A stretch of 5,325 bases of DNA. Origin: a virus. The notes beneath the pieces were generated by a model, which was not told the origin of the DNA, made no database searches, and was given only the letters and a program-made list of their open reading frames with translations. A program made the position numbers and the translations under genes. How positions within the stretch are numbered: the stretch's first letter is position 1; each line of letters starts with the position of its first letter. Below are positions 4,928 through 5,325 of the stretch, piece after piece. The stretch is from the UHGV virus genome UHGV-0238030. One strand, given 5' to 3'.

Positions 4928-5325
4928 GTATAATTCTGGCGTTCGCGATGGCTGGTCGTCGACGCAGCCATCGATGACGCAACAGCAGTTTAGGGATGAG
5001 GCTGATATTAATTATATTGTTAGCATGTATGATAGTACCGGCGTAATGCCGACTTATCATGGTAACGGTCAGCCTGCACAACCTATGTTTGGTGATTTTG
5101 CGGAGCTACCGGATAATGCACAAGACGTTTACAATCAGATGCTTGCGGCTAAAGCTGATTTTGATAATTTGCCGCTGGAGGTCCGCAAGAGATTTAATTA
5201 TGACCCCGCAGCCTTTTTGGCGTTTGTCGATGACCCAAATAATATCGACGAGTTGGTTGCTATGGGTCTTGCCGTAAAGACGCAGCATGCCCCAGCACCG
5301 ATTATTGATACAAAAGAGCCGGATA
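4911..5325 (+). CDS. VP3: Internal scaffolding protein VP3 (5' part; ends at position 29 after the circular junction)
   Basis: Missing from the ORF track because there is no stop before the window end. SD TAAGGAG lies 8 nt upstream. Reads MEIRSRYNSG...SMTQQQFRDEADINYIV...FGDFAELP...FDNLPLEVRKRFNYDPAAFLAFVDDPNNIDELVAMGLA, a typical VP3 signature. It overlaps the VP5 end by 17 nt. Confidence 0.93.
   Translation, partial: MEIRSRYNSGVRDGWSSTQPSMTQQQFRDEADINYIVSMYDSTGVMPTYHGNGQPAQPMFGDFAELPDNAQDVYNQMLAAKADFDNLPLEVRKRFNYDPAAFLAFVDDPNNIDELVAMGLAVKTQHAPAPIIDTKEPD

Noticed and set aside
302..5288. Minus-strand ORFs in the ORF track
   Set aside because: They are antisense shadows of core genes with no recognisable motifs; microvirus genes are normally all on one strand.

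Overview
This window looks like a complete circular ssDNA microvirus genome (Microviridae, Gokushovirinae-like) of 5325 nt, with all credible genes on the + strand. Gene order is VP1 capsid (191-1876), VP2 DNA pilot (1906-2901), two small accessory ORFs (~3004-3177 and 3164-3268), VP8 basic DNA-binding peptide (3291-3407), VP4 rolling-circle Rep (3478-4395), a structured intergenic region, a hydrophobic ORF overprinted on VP5 (4584-4787), VP5 (4649-4927) and VP3 scaffold (4911-5325, continuing in frame across the end junction to 29). A 12-bp hairpin presenting a phiX174-like ACTTGAT nick motif (103-136) is the likely origin. The non-core parts are the most interesting. (i) A possible autoregulatory module: 11-bp tandem repeats carrying TTGACA and an 11-bp inverted repeat over the -10 boxes, directly upstream of a ribbon-helix-helix-like ORF. 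(ii) Two small membrane-protein ORFs that are lysis or exclusion candidates, each with a strong SD but no well-spaced canonical start codon. (iii) A promoter nested inside a terminator after VP4, whose G-tract has two mutually exclusive pairing partners, suggesting an RNA switch. All family assignments come from motif recognition by eye; no database searches were run.
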